From Candidatus Eiseniibacteriota bacterium (GTDB taxonomy: Bacteria; Eisenbacteria; RBG-16-71-46; JABDJR01; JAWXBZ01): DNA of 36,856 nucleotides. Positions 21,676 through 31,081 of this stretch are shown here, one piece after another (within the stretch, counting starts at the first letter, position 1; each line of letters begins with the position of its first letter). The translations under genes and the position numbers were made by a program. The DNA lies in the NCBI GenBank assembly GCA_034440375.1, contig JAWXBZ010000209.1, forward strand, positions 1 through 36,856, given 5' to 3'. The notes below the pieces were generated by a model. It saw only the letters and a program-made list of their open reading frames with translations. It made no database searches and was not told where the DNA came from.

Positions 21676-21705
21676 GGCGGACCTCCGGTGATGAGGATGA
21701 TTCCT

Positions 21706-21739
21706 CCTGAAGGAGTCAGTCTAGCATGGCGCCTTCAGG
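21706..21739 (-). promoter_or_regulatory. Extended -10 element flanked by an inverted repeat (candidate promoter/operator of the NHL gene)
   Basis: The minus-strand TGcTAGACT lies between CCTGAAGG and CCTTCAGG arms. Confidence 0.4.
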
Positions 21740-21765
21740 CTCCCCGTCTCCCCGGGCTCGGCTGA

Positions 21766-23334
21766 CTACTGATACTCCTTCGTCAGAGGCCACAGCTCCA
21801 CCACGCCCCACTTTGGCCTGCGGCAGAGGAGAATCGGATTGTCATCCTCGTAAGGCATGCAATCCGGGCAGTGGACGCGGCCGATTTCCGTAACATCCTC
21901 GAAGGCCGATTCGGCCTCCTCACGACTGTCTCCATAGAGAACCAGCACCTCCCCGGACCAATCGCCCGGCCCCCAGAGCCAGTAGTTGTTGTGGCCGCAG
22001 ATGGGCCGGGGCAGCCCGTGGGCCGGGCCCAGAACCTGGATGGCACCTGCCTGGCCGTAGTTGGAGGTGTAAATCGCGGCGCGGGCGCGATCTTCGGGCG
22101 CCAGCGTGTTCCAGGCACGGGCTACTTCGGACACCATGGCCTGCCAGCCGACCTGGTCGGCGAAGTGCTGGGAGAGGCGACGAACTCTCGTGCGCTCGCT
22201 GGTTCGAGGGGCAATGCCGAGGCGGGCGGCGTAGCGCACCTGATCATCGACCGACAAGATCGGCAGGGCCAGCGGCGCGAGCAGGAACCCCGTTGCCACG
22301 ACGAAGAGGATAGCGGCACCGCTGAGAATCTGGGGAAGTCGTCCTGTATTTCGTTCGGCCAGCTTGCTGATGCCGGCGCAGAATGCCACAGCCCCCGCCG
22401 CGAAGAGTGGCGGGTAGGCGGGCGTCAGGTAGTTGGGTCGACTTCGACCGCTGATCAGCAGAAGCACGAGCGTGGCCAGATAGATCCAGGCCAGCGGGGC
22501 CCAGCGCCGGGAGGAGGGCGCGAACAGGAGCCAGAACAGGCCGGCCATCCAGAGCGGTGCAAGGAACGGATTGTGGCTGAGAATCTGCTGGCCGAGGAAG
22601 TCCAGCGTCGGCGTTTCGACCATTTTCATCGTCGCGGCGTTGTGCATGAACTCGCGGGTCGGCCAGTCGTGCGCGATCTGCCAGAGCAGGTGGGGAATCG
22701 GCATCACCCCCGCCGCCAGCGCCGCCAGCCAGGGGCCGCGTGTCAGGATCTGGCGCCGATGCGGCGTCATCACCAATCCAACGGCCAACCCGCCGGCAAA
22801 CCAGCTCATGCTGTACTTGTTGAGCAGGCCAAGGCCGATGACGACACCCAGCGCCAGCCATCGCACGGTCGTCGGACGCTCGAGCAGCCCGATGACCAGG
22901 AGCGCCGCCCCCGCCCAGAAGACCAGCTCGATCGCATTCATCGACATGAAGTGATTCAGGCCAAAATGCATCGGCGAGACGATGATCGCCAGCATCGCCA
23001 GAACCATCGCATAGGAGCCGCCGCCGAGCCGGCGAGTCAGGAGGCCCGTGAACAGGACAAGCATCGCCCCTGCGACGGCTGGAATTGCCCGCACCGCCTC
23101 AAGCGAAGAGCCGAAGACGGCACGCCACCCGGCCAGCAGGGCGATCGACAGCGGTGGGTGATCGACATATCCCCAGTCGAGCCGGTCGGCGCAGGCCATG
23201 TAATAAAGCTCATCGCGAAACCAGCCCCAGCCGGTTCCCACCCAGAGGTGAATGGCCAGTTTGATCAGCGGCAGGAGGAGAAGCGCGAGGAGTTCGGGGC
23301 GGGACCAGGTGGGCGGGTCGTCCCGATCAGCCAT
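21766..23334 (-). CDS. GT-C membrane glycosyltransferase (family 39 / ArnT-like)
   Basis: RDELYY, LDWGYVDHPPL, GLLNKY and NYGQAGAI..G...GHNNYWLWG motifs; many TM helices. The start overlaps the HMG-CoA lyase stop. Confidence 0.9.
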   Translation of the reverse strand: MADRDDPPTWSRPELLALLLLPLIKLAIHLWVGTGWGWFRDELYYMACADRLDWGYVDHPPLSIALLAGWRAVFGSSLEAVRAIPAVAGAMLVLFTGLLTRRLGGGSYAMVLAMLAIIVSPMHFGLNHFMSMNAIELVFWAGAALLVIGLLERPTTVRWLALGVVIGLGLLNKYSMSWFAGGLAVGLVMTPHRRQILTRGPWLAALAAGVMPIPHLLWQIAHDWPTREFMHNAATMKMVETPTLDFLGQQILSHNPFLAPLWMAGLFWLLFAPSSRRWAPLAWIYLATLVLLLISGRSRPNYLTPAYPPLFAAGAVAFCAGISKLAERNTGRLPQILSGAAILFVVATGFLLAPLALPILSVDDQVRYAARLGIAPRTSERTRVRRLSQHFADQVGWQAMVSEVARAWNTLAPEDRARAAIYTSNYGQAGAIQVLGPAHGLPRPICGHNNYWLWGPGDWSGEVLVLYGDSREEAESAFEDVTEIGRVHCPDCMPYEDDNPILLCRRPKWGVVELWPLTKEYQ

Positions 23335-24280
23335 CGCGTTCGGTGGCATTCATCGCTTCGAGCACCCGCGAGGGTTGTTTCACCGCGGCCGCCGCCCGCA
23401 GCGCGTTGGAGGCCGCGCAGACCTTCCGAAGATCGACACCCGTTTCGATCCCCATGCCGTCGAGGAAATAGACGAGGTCCTCGGTGGCCAGGTTTCCGGT
23501 GGCGCCGGGCGCAAAGGGGCAGCCGCCGAGCCCGCCGGCCGACGCGTCGAAGATTGTGATTCCCCGCTCGAGTGCGGCCATCACGTTCGTCAGCGCCGTG
23601 CCGCGCGTGTCGTGAAAGTGCATTGCCAGCCGGTCCGCCGACATGTCTTCGGCCAGTTCGTCGAGGAGCCCATGCACCTGGCGCGGCACCGCGGCCCCGA
23701 TGGTGTCGCCGATCGACACCTCATCAACGCCCAGCTCGAACAGTTGACGAACGACCCGAGCCGCTGCCGAGGGATTCACCGGCCCCTCGTACGGACAAAC
23801 GAACGCCGTCGAGAGATAGCCGCGCACGCTGACATTCGCTGACCGCGCCATTTCCATCACCGGCTTGAATCTTTCCAGAGATTCGGCGATCGAGGCATTG
23901 ATGTTCTTCTGATTGAATGTCTCGGAGGCGGCCGTGAAGACCGCCACGCGCCGTACGCCGGATTGGATCGCCCGTTCCATCCCGGCCAGATTCGGCACCA
24001 GCGTCGAGTAGCAGACGCCGCGCGGCGGTTCACCGAGCCCCGTCAGCACTTCCGCGGCGTCCGCAAGCTGCGGCACCCATTTCGGGCTGACGAACGAAGT
24101 AACCTCGATGTCCGGGAATCCACACGCCGCCAGCGCCTGGATGAATGCCACCTTGTCGGACGCCGACACAAGTGTCTTTTCATTCTGCAGCCCATCCCGC
24201 GGACCGACCTCCACGATATCGACCCGGCCGGGAAGTCCGTCGTCACGGTGCAGGGCTTTCAGGCTGTGGCGGATACGCAT
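23327..24280 (-). CDS. liuE: Hydroxymethylglutaryl-CoA lyase
   Basis: EVGPRDGLQNE, HFHDT and GGLGGCPFAPGATGN motifs. Confidence 0.96.
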   Translation of the reverse strand: MRIRHSLKALHRDDGLPGRVDIVEVGPRDGLQNEKTLVSASDKVAFIQALAACGFPDIEVTSFVSPKWVPQLADAAEVLTGLGEPPRGVCYSTLVPNLAGMERAIQSGVRRVAVFTAASETFNQKNINASIAESLERFKPVMEMARSANVSVRGYLSTAFVCPYEGPVNPSAAARVVRQLFELGVDEVSIGDTIGAAVPRQVHGLLDELAEDMSADRLAMHFHDTRGTALTNVMAALERGITIFDASAGGLGGCPFAPGATGNLATEDLVYFLDGMGIETGVDLRKVCAASNALRAAAAVKQPSRVLEAMNATERDG

Positions 24281-24371
24281 GAGGCTCCCTGGGAGAGACG
24301 ATCCCGATCAACTGCCGACGACAGTCAGCTTACCCAAATCGGACCATGTGATCGAGCGGCGCCTACAATTT

Positions 24372-24404
24372 GTCGAAACCCGAAAGCTGGTCGTCCTGAG
24401 ATAG
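24372..24404 (+). pseudogene. Extreme 3' remnant of an FlgD-tail gene (VETRKLVVLR*)
   Basis: 24375-24404 matches the last 30 nt of the downstream gene (ETRKLVVVR*) at 25/30 positions, including the stop. Three of the five mismatches are synonymous. Confidence 0.6.
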
Positions 24405-24569
24405 CGAGACCTTCTGGAGACCGGCAACCGGCGCACCGTTACAGAATCTTTACACCTTGGCGATGGCCAACTTGCAAACATGGCCGTATGTTTTGTTACA
24501 AGAAGAACCTTTTCGAGGGCAGTCCGGGACTGCCCCACTTTGCGTCCCGCGATCCGTGCGAGGTGCATC

Positions 24570-26291
24570 ATGCGAGCAACAGGTCCCCAATTTTGTCTTG
24601 GAGTGCTTGCGCTTGGAGCCCTCCTGCTGCTGGGCCCGTCCGGGCTCGCTGCGCGCCCCCTGTTGAATCCGGGCTTGCGCGGGCCGGTGGTACCGACGGA
24701 ACGACCGGCCATTGCCGAGGTGCTTCATCTCGCCGCCACGGCAGGCCCGGATACTAACTGGTACGGAGGAACTGTCTGGGCCGCCGATTCGAATCGGTGG
24801 GAGGCAATCCCCGATGGCATCTGGACCTTTGAATCGGGCGTTGGCTCATCCATCCAGAACGCGATGCCGGAGCAACAGAAGCCGAACGGGTATCACCGCC
24901 AGATGGAAGGGTGGCTCGGGCATGTCCGAGGGAACGAGCTGCCGGATATCGGCTTTCGGCGGGCTACCGACTGCGTCATTACCGGAGATTATTCCCTGTG
25001 GGCCGGACGCACTCAAGCCGAGGCGGAGGCGTCCTGCTGGCCCGGCGGGCGGGGATACGGAAACGGGATTAACGCGGTGGTCGAACGGACATTCGCTTAC
25101 CCCGGGGCCGGCAACGTCACATTGGAATTCGATTTTGCCGTCGATTCGGAACCGGGTTTCGACTATCTCAGTCTGACGGTCCAGCCCTCCGGCGCTGCGA
25201 GCCCGGTCGTACTGAACAGCTGGAACGGAATGACCACCGGACATGCCGTCTTCACGCTCCGCACCATCGACGGCACGCTGCCGGCCGGAGCGGGCACCGT
25301 GACCATCCGATTCATTGCCGACTCGGACGGCGCGTACAGCGACGAGGATGGCCTGTATCTGACGTCGTGCGGCCACTCGGCCATCGACAATATTCAGTTG
25401 ACCGGCGCGATCGTGCACACCGCCACCTTCGAATCGTCGACGGACGGATGGGATGCCGTTGTCCCGGCCACGCCCCCTGTCGAAGATTTCAGCAGTCTGG
25501 ATGACGTGGACGACCTCCCGCCGCCGGCCGGTTTCACGGGACGGTGCGGCACCAGCGATTCCGTCCTGGTGTTCATCAATCCCGCAGGTCAGCATCCTGC
25601 CGGGCAATCCAATGTGGCCGGATCTCCCTGGATCGACCTGCGAGCGGGCGGCGATGTCGGCCGGCCCGGGATGATCGTCCGCTTCGATGCCTACTCCGGC
25701 ACGAACACCAGTGTGACGCCGAACCTGGCGTGGGGTGTCCAGTACTACCCATGGACCTGCCCGGTCACCGGGGAGGTGGGTGTCAGTCCCCCGATCTTCA
25801 ACGGCTTCTTCTTTTTCTTCGGCGCTCCGTCCTGCGGCCCGGTCACGTACAATCTGCGAAACCTGGTGCCGACGTCCGCCGAACAGCTACGAGTCTTCCT
25901 GGGTCCCCACCCGTACGGATCCTTCAACACGAATGCCGGACCCTGGATCGACAATGTCCGAGTGGCCGTGTTCGGTGGGGCCACGAGCGGCACGGAGCCG
26001 GCCCCGGCCAAGCCCACCTACCTGACCGAGGCCCGGCCAAACCCCGCCTCCGGCGCCACCCGCATCGTCTTCGGCGTGGCCCGAAACAACACGCCCACGC
26101 GTATCGAGATCTTCGACATCGCAGGGCGCCGCGTCCGGACACTCCTTGATCGAAGCCTGGATGCGGGCTCGCACGAGATCGTCTGGGATGGCCGGGCAGA
26201 GGATGGCAGCGAGGTCGTCGCCGGGCTTTACTTCTATCACTACGAGAGCGGGAGCCTTTCGGAGACGCGGAAGCTGGTCGTCGTCAGATAG
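24570..26291 (+). CDS. Secreted multi-domain protein with a C-terminal FlgD-Ig / T9SS-CTD-like domain
   Basis: GAGGTG RBS, signal peptide, a MAM / immune-inhibitor-A-like jelly-roll (DSEPGFDYL...F.ADSDGAYSDEDG...IDNI), and a C-terminal PNP...IFDIAGRRVRTL...WDGR...GLYFY...RKLVVVR. Confidence 0.88.
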   Translation: MRATGPQFCLGVLALGALLLLGPSGLAARPLLNPGLRGPVVPTERPAIAEVLHLAATAGPDTNWYGGTVWAADSNRWEAIPDGIWTFESGVGSSIQNAMPEQQKPNGYHRQMEGWLGHVRGNELPDIGFRRATDCVITGDYSLWAGRTQAEAEASCWPGGRGYGNGINAVVERTFAYPGAGNVTLEFDFAVDSEPGFDYLSLTVQPSGAASPVVLNSWNGMTTGHAVFTLRTIDGTLPAGAGTVTIRFIADSDGAYSDEDGLYLTSCGHSAIDNIQLTGAIVHTATFESSTDGWDAVVPATPPVEDFSSLDDVDDLPPPAGFTGRCGTSDSVLVFINPAGQHPAGQSNVAGSPWIDLRAGGDVGRPGMIVRFDAYSGTNTSVTPNLAWGVQYYPWTCPVTGEVGVSPPIFNGFFFFFGAPSCGPVTYNLRNLVPTSAEQLRVFLGPHPYGSFNTNAGPWIDNVRVAVFGGATSGTEPAPAKPTYLTEARPNPASGATRIVFGVARNNTPTRIEIFDIAGRRVRTLLDRSLDAGSHEIVWDGRAEDGSEVVAGLYFYHYESGSLSETRKLVVVR

Positions 26292-26332
26292 GCCCGGTGC
26301 GGAGGCTCTTCGCGCGGACGAGATAGAGAAAG

Positions 26333-26851
26333 CTACTGATCCGCCGTCGCCGGCGCTGCCTCGAATCGCACCAATAGCTGTCCCAGGTCAACTGGCTGGC
26401 CCACAGAGCACAGGAGCTCGGCCACGCGTCCTTCTCCCGGCGCGGTCACCGTGTATTCCATCTTCATGGCTTCGACGACGAGGAGTGGTGCTCCGGCGGC
26501 GACGGCCTGACCCGACTCGGCGAAGACCTTGCGGACAGTTCCGGTCATGGGGCTTAGGACATCGCCACCGGTGGGGCCGCCGGGGCCGGACCCGGCGCGG
26601 GGCGGTTTCTCGGGCTCGAAGACGTACGTCCGGCCGTCGAGCTGGACCCAGATGGCCTCCGCGGTGGCGGCGGCATAACCGGTCAGGATGCGGTCGCCCT
26701 GGCGAAGAAAAAACGAACCGATCGGTCCTTTCACAACGCTGAACTCGACGGGCTTTCCGTCCAGTTCCATGTAGAGATGATCGCCCGACAGCTCGGCCTG
26801 GATATGGTGCGAGGTGCCATCCCACAGCCAACTGCGATCGAGTTTCGGCAT
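26333..26851 (-). CDS. Biotin carboxyl carrier subunit (BT beta-barrel part plus BCCP) of methylcrotonyl-CoA carboxylase
   Basis: SPMTG and EAMKME biotinylation motifs; its own ATG lies 2 nt after the upstream stop, with AAGGGA RBS. Confidence 0.92.
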   Translation of the reverse strand: MPKLDRSWLWDGTSHHIQAELSGDHLYMELDGKPVEFSVVKGPIGSFFLRQGDRILTGYAAATAEAIWVQLDGRTYVFEPEKPPRAGSGPGGPTGGDVLSPMTGTVRKVFAESGQAVAAGAPLLVVEAMKMEYTVTAPGEGRVAELLCSVGQPVDLGQLLVRFEAAPATADQ

Positions 26852-26853
26852 CG

Positions 26854-28437
26854 TCAGCGTCCCTTCTGGCCCAGGCGGAACGCGCCGAGTTGACGCCAGG
26901 GAGAAGACGGGTCGTCGTCCGCGGAGTACTGGCCACCAACGCCCGCCGCCGGGCCGCGGCCGTTGCCGATCATCCCCAACCGCTCCCACTCGGCCATCGC
27001 CGCCAGGGCCAGCACGTCGGTGCCTGGTGGCGATTCATGCGCGTGCCAGTTGGCGAGATGGGTATCGAGGAAATCGATCGGCGTGCGGCCGGCCATGAAC
27101 TCGGGATGCCGGACAACGGCCTGAAGGAAAGGCAGATTGGTCGTCAAGCCCAGCAACACCGTCTCCGCCAGTGCGCGCTGCATGCGGGCCACGGCCCGCT
27201 CGCGCGAATAGTCGTGAACGATGATCTTGGCCAGGATCGGGTCGTAGTGAACGCCCACATGCCAGCCGGCCATGATGCCGGAATCGACCCGCACGCCGGG
27301 TCCCTCGGGCGCCTTGAACATCAGTACCGGGCCGGACGACGGCAGGAACCCACGCTCCGGGTCCTCCGCGTACAGGCGGCATTCGATGGCATGGCCGCGC
27401 CACTCCACCACCGATTGACCGCGAGAGAGATCCTTGCCGGTGGCTTCAACCATCTGCATGCGCGCCAGGTCCATGCCGGTCACCATCTCCGTGACGGGAT
27501 GTTCGACCTGCAGGCGGGTATTCACTTCCAGGAAGTAGAAGCGGCCGGATTCGTCCAGGAGAAACTCGCAGGTGCCGGCACTTCGATAGCCCGCCGCACG
27601 CACCAGCGTCACGGCCGCGTCGGCCATCACCTCGCGCACGGCCGGCTCGATGGTCGGCGAGGGGCTCTCCTCCACAATTTTCTGATGTCGCCGCTGGATG
27701 CTGCACTCGCGTTCGCCCAGGTGGATGACATGGCCGTGCGCGTCGGCGAAGACCTGGATTTCAACGTGATGCGCCGGGCTCACGAAGCGCTCAACAAGAA
27801 GCCGACTGTCGCCAAACGCCGCGTGCCCCTCGCGACGGGCCGATCGAATCGCTTCCGGAAGATCCTTCTCGTGATCGACGCGGCGCATCCCCTTGCCGCC
27901 GCCACCGGCCACCGCCTTGAGAAGGAGCGGAAACCCGACCCCCTTCGCCTTCGTGATCAGGGCCGCGTCAGCCTTCTTTGCATCCAATGGCTCCGCGGAA
28001 CGGTCCATGCGATCGCGTTCCGAGTCATCGCCCGACACGGTCGGAATGCCGAGCTTGGCCGCCAGCGCCTTGGCCCCGAGTTTGTCGCCCAGCAGGCGCA
28101 TCGCCTCCGGCGGCGGGCCGACCCAGATGAGGCCGGCATCGATCACCGCCTGCGCAAACTCCGCGTTTTCGGACAGAAATCCGTAGCCGGGATGGATGGC
28201 CTCAGCACCGGAAGCCCGCGCCGCCTCCAGCACCGCCGGAATGGACAGGTACGATTCCGCGGCCGGTGCCGGCCCGATTCCGATGGCGCGATCCGCTTCC
28301 AGCACATGCAGCGCCGCGCGATCCGCATCCGAATGAACGGCGATGGTTTCGAGGCCCAGCTCACGCGCCGCGCGGATCAGTCGAACCGCGATCTCACCCC
28401 GGTTGGCGATGAGAAGCCGGTGAAACTCGCGGCTCAT
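26854..28437 (-). CDS. liuD: Biotin carboxylase subunit of methylcrotonyl-CoA carboxylase
   Basis: LIANRGEIA, HPGYGFLSEN, GGGGKGMR, ERECSIQRRHQK and EVNTRLQVEH motifs; start at 28437 by ATGA overlap. Confidence 0.93.
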   Translation of the reverse strand: MSREFHRLLIANRGEIAVRLIRAARELGLETIAVHSDADRAALHVLEADRAIGIGPAPAAESYLSIPAVLEAARASGAEAIHPGYGFLSENAEFAQAVIDAGLIWVGPPPEAMRLLGDKLGAKALAAKLGIPTVSGDDSERDRMDRSAEPLDAKKADAALITKAKGVGFPLLLKAVAGGGGKGMRRVDHEKDLPEAIRSARREGHAAFGDSRLLVERFVSPAHHVEIQVFADAHGHVIHLGERECSIQRRHQKIVEESPSPTIEPAVREVMADAAVTLVRAAGYRSAGTCEFLLDESGRFYFLEVNTRLQVEHPVTEMVTGMDLARMQMVEATGKDLSRGQSVVEWRGHAIECRLYAEDPERGFLPSSGPVLMFKAPEGPGVRVDSGIMAGWHVGVHYDPILAKIIVHDYSRERAVARMQRALAETVLLGLTTNLPFLQAVVRHPEFMAGRTPIDFLDTHLANWHAHESPPGTDVLALAAMAEWERLGMIGNGRGPAAGVGGQYSADDDPSSPWRQLGAFRLGQKGR

Positions 28438-29234
28438 TCGCCCTCGGTCCAGGCGGGCTTGCGGCGCTCCAGGAATGCCGCCAGCCCCTCTTTCCCTTCG
28501 TCGGAGGCACGCCGCCCGGCGATCAACTCGGCGGTCATCTCGGTCACTTCGACGCTGTCGAGCCCGGTTGGTTTCAACAGGCGCGCGATGTGACTTTTTA
28601 TCGTGGCCACCGCCACCGGCGCCGCGGAGCGATACGCGTCGATCCATCGGTCGACCGCGGCATCAAGCGCCTCGATGTCGGCGGCCGCTTCGTGCGCCAG
28701 GCCAATCCGGCAAGCCTCGACCGTGTCGAATCGCTTGCCTGTGGTGAAGTGCGCCCGGGCCGCCGATGCGCCGATTTTGGCCAGCACGAAGGGCGAGATG
28801 ACCGCCGGCAGGATCCCGAGTTTCGTCTCGGTGAATCCGAACCTGGATGCCGCATCCGCGATGACCACGTCGCAGCAGGCTGCGAGCCCCGATCCCCCGC
28901 CCAGCGCCGCGCCATGAATCCGCCCGATGACCGGTTTCGGGCACTCGTTGATGGCGCGAAACATCCCCGCCAACCGCCGCGCATCCGCCCTGTTCTCCGA
29001 CGGCGTCATCTGCCCGATCGCCTTCATCATGCCGACATCGGCGCCGGCACAAAACGATTTGCCCCGCCCGCCTAGGACCACCACCCGCGCCGCTTCGTCC
29101 GCCGCCAGCTCGCCGAAAACCGCCGTAAGCTCGTCGATCATCTCGGTGCTGAGGGCGTTATGAACGTCGGGGCGGTTCAGCCAGACGCGACGGATGAAGC
29201 CTTGTGACTCGAGTTCAAGGGTCTGCCAGGCCAT
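28434..29234 (-). CDS. liuC: Enoyl-CoA hydratase, probably methylglutaconyl-CoA hydratase
   Basis: LNRPDVHNA, FCAGAD, GGGSGL (first catalytic Glu absent) and ETKLGILPAVISP motifs; located between the MCC subunits. Confidence 0.9.
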   Translation of the reverse strand: MAWQTLELESQGFIRRVWLNRPDVHNALSTEMIDELTAVFGELAADEAARVVVLGGRGKSFCAGADVGMMKAIGQMTPSENRADARRLAGMFRAINECPKPVIGRIHGAALGGGSGLAACCDVVIADAASRFGFTETKLGILPAVISPFVLAKIGASAARAHFTTGKRFDTVEACRIGLAHEAAADIEALDAAVDRWIDAYRSAAPVAVATIKSHIARLLKPTGLDSVEVTEMTAELIAGRRASDEGKEGLAAFLERRKPAWTEGE

Positions 29235-29249
29235 GACGATTCGATTACC

Positions 29250-30857
29250 TCACATCCGAAAAACGGGAAACTTCGTCTCCGGAATCGGTGCATTGAGCGC
29301 CGCGGACAGCCCAAGCGCCAGCACGTTACGCGTCTCCGCCGGATCGATGACGCCATCGTCCCACAGGCGCGCCGAGGAGTAGTAGGGATTTCCCTCGGCC
29401 TCGTACTTTTCGAGGATTGGCCGGGAAATCTCCTCGGCCTCTGCGTCAGACAGCGTCCTTCCCTGCGCGGCGAGCTGGTCGCGTTTGACGGTGACCAGCA
29501 CGCTGGCCGCCTGCTCGCCCCCCATCACGGAAATGCGGGCGTTGGGCCACATGAACAGGAGCCGCGGGCTGTAGGCGCGCCCGCACATGCCGTAGTTGCC
29601 GGCACCGAACGAGCCGCCGATGATGACGGTGAACTTGGGCACGGCGGCCGTCGCCACCGCCTGCACCAGCTTGGCACCATCCTTGGCGATGCCGCCGGCC
29701 TCATACCGCCGGCCGACCATGAAGCCGGTGATGTTCTGCAGGAAGATCAACGGGATTCGCCGTTGACTGCACAGCTCGACAAAGTGGGCCCCCTTCACGG
29801 CACTTTCCGAAAAGAGAACGCCGTTGTTGGCCAGGATGCCCACCGGATACCCATGCAGCCGGGCAAAGCCGGTCACCAGCGTCGGCCCGTACAGCGCCTT
29901 GAACTCGTGAAAGCGGCTGCCGTCGACCAGGCGCGCCACGATCTCGCGCACATCGAACGGGCGCCGCGTATCGCGCGGCAGGATCCCGTAGATCTCTTCG
30001 GGGTCATAGGCCGGCGGCTCGGCCGGACGAACATCGATATCGATCCGCTTTTTTCGATTGAGATTGGCCACGATCGAGCGCACCACTTCCAGGGCCCCGG
30101 CGTCGTCCATGGCCATGTGATCGACAACGCCGCTCGAGCGGCTGTGAACCTCCGCGCCCCCCAGGTCCTCGGCGCTGACCTCCTCGCCGGTGGCCGCCTT
30201 CACCAAGGGGGGCCCCGCCAGGAAGATGGTGCCGTTGCCACGCACGATGACCGTCTCGTCCGACATCGCCGGCACGTAGGCCCCGCCGGCCGTGCAGGAG
30301 CCCATGACCGCCGCCACCTGCGGAATCCCCGCTGCCGACATCTGCGCCTGCATGTAGAAAATCCGGCCGAAATGCTTCTCATCCGGAAAAATGTCCGCCT
30401 GGAGCGGCAGAAAGGCCCCGCCCGAATCAACCAGGTAAATGCAGGGAAGCCGGTTTTCAAACGCAATCTCCTGCGCCCGAATATGCTTCTTCACCGTCAG
30501 CGGATGATAAGTACCCCCCTTAACCGTGGCATCATTCGCCACAATCAAGCACTCCACCCCCTCCACCACCCCAATCCCCGTCACAATCCCCGCCGACGGC
30601 ACCTCATCCTCGTAAACCTCCCAGGCCGCCAGCGGCGACAACTCGAGGAAAGGCGTCCCGGGATCAAGGAGCCGCTCGATTCGATCCCGGACAAAGAGCT
30701 TTCCCCGCGCCTCATGCTTCTTCCGGTGGTCGGGAGCCCCGCCAAGCCGAACCTTCTCCAGACGCTCGCGGAGCTCGTCGCGCAGGCGACGATGGTGTTC
30801 GGCGTTGGCCTGGAAGTCGGGGTCGGTCGGGTGGATTTGACTGGAGATGGGTTGCAT
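29250..30857 (-). CDS. liuB: Methylcrotonyl-CoA carboxylase carboxyltransferase (beta) subunit
   Basis: [43 protein letters not shown] and SARLWDDG motifs, ending FPVFRM; start MQPISS. Confidence 0.96.
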   Translation of the reverse strand: MQPISSQIHPTDPDFQANAEHHRRLRDELRERLEKVRLGGAPDHRKKHEARGKLFVRDRIERLLDPGTPFLELSPLAAWEVYEDEVPSAGIVTGIGVVEGVECLIVANDATVKGGTYHPLTVKKHIRAQEIAFENRLPCIYLVDSGGAFLPLQADIFPDEKHFGRIFYMQAQMSAAGIPQVAAVMGSCTAGGAYVPAMSDETVIVRGNGTIFLAGPPLVKAATGEEVSAEDLGGAEVHSRSSGVVDHMAMDDAGALEVVRSIVANLNRKKRIDIDVRPAEPPAYDPEEIYGILPRDTRRPFDVREIVARLVDGSRFHEFKALYGPTLVTGFARLHGYPVGILANNGVLFSESAVKGAHFVELCSQRRIPLIFLQNITGFMVGRRYEAGGIAKDGAKLVQAVATAAVPKFTVIIGGSFGAGNYGMCGRAYSPRLLFMWPNARISVMGGEQAASVLVTVKRDQLAAQGRTLSDAEAEEISRPILEKYEAEGNPYYSSARLWDDGVIDPAETRNVLALGLSAALNAPIPETKFPVFRM

Positions 30858-30999
30858 TTCCCCTATCGTATTGCCGTCTAACGAGAAAGACAAGACGGCC
30901 GGCGCCTGCTTCGGATGCGCCGGCCATGAAAAAGTGAAGATACCGGCTGCCAAGAGTTGAAAATAGTGACCCTGGTCCAGCGTCCCCAATTCCACCAAA

Positions 31000-31035
31000 G
31001 GAAAGGCCCCCCGGCGAAACGCCGGGAGGCTTTCC
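31000..31035 (-). terminator. Rho-independent terminator
   Basis: Minus strand GGAAAGCCTCCCGGCG-TTT-CGCCGGGGGGCCTTTCC followed by TTTG, 46 nt downstream of the stop at 31082. Confidence 0.8.
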
Positions 31036-31081
31036 AATGCTCAATCTGAACCATCCCTCGCGGGCGGCTCGGAAGTTTTGC

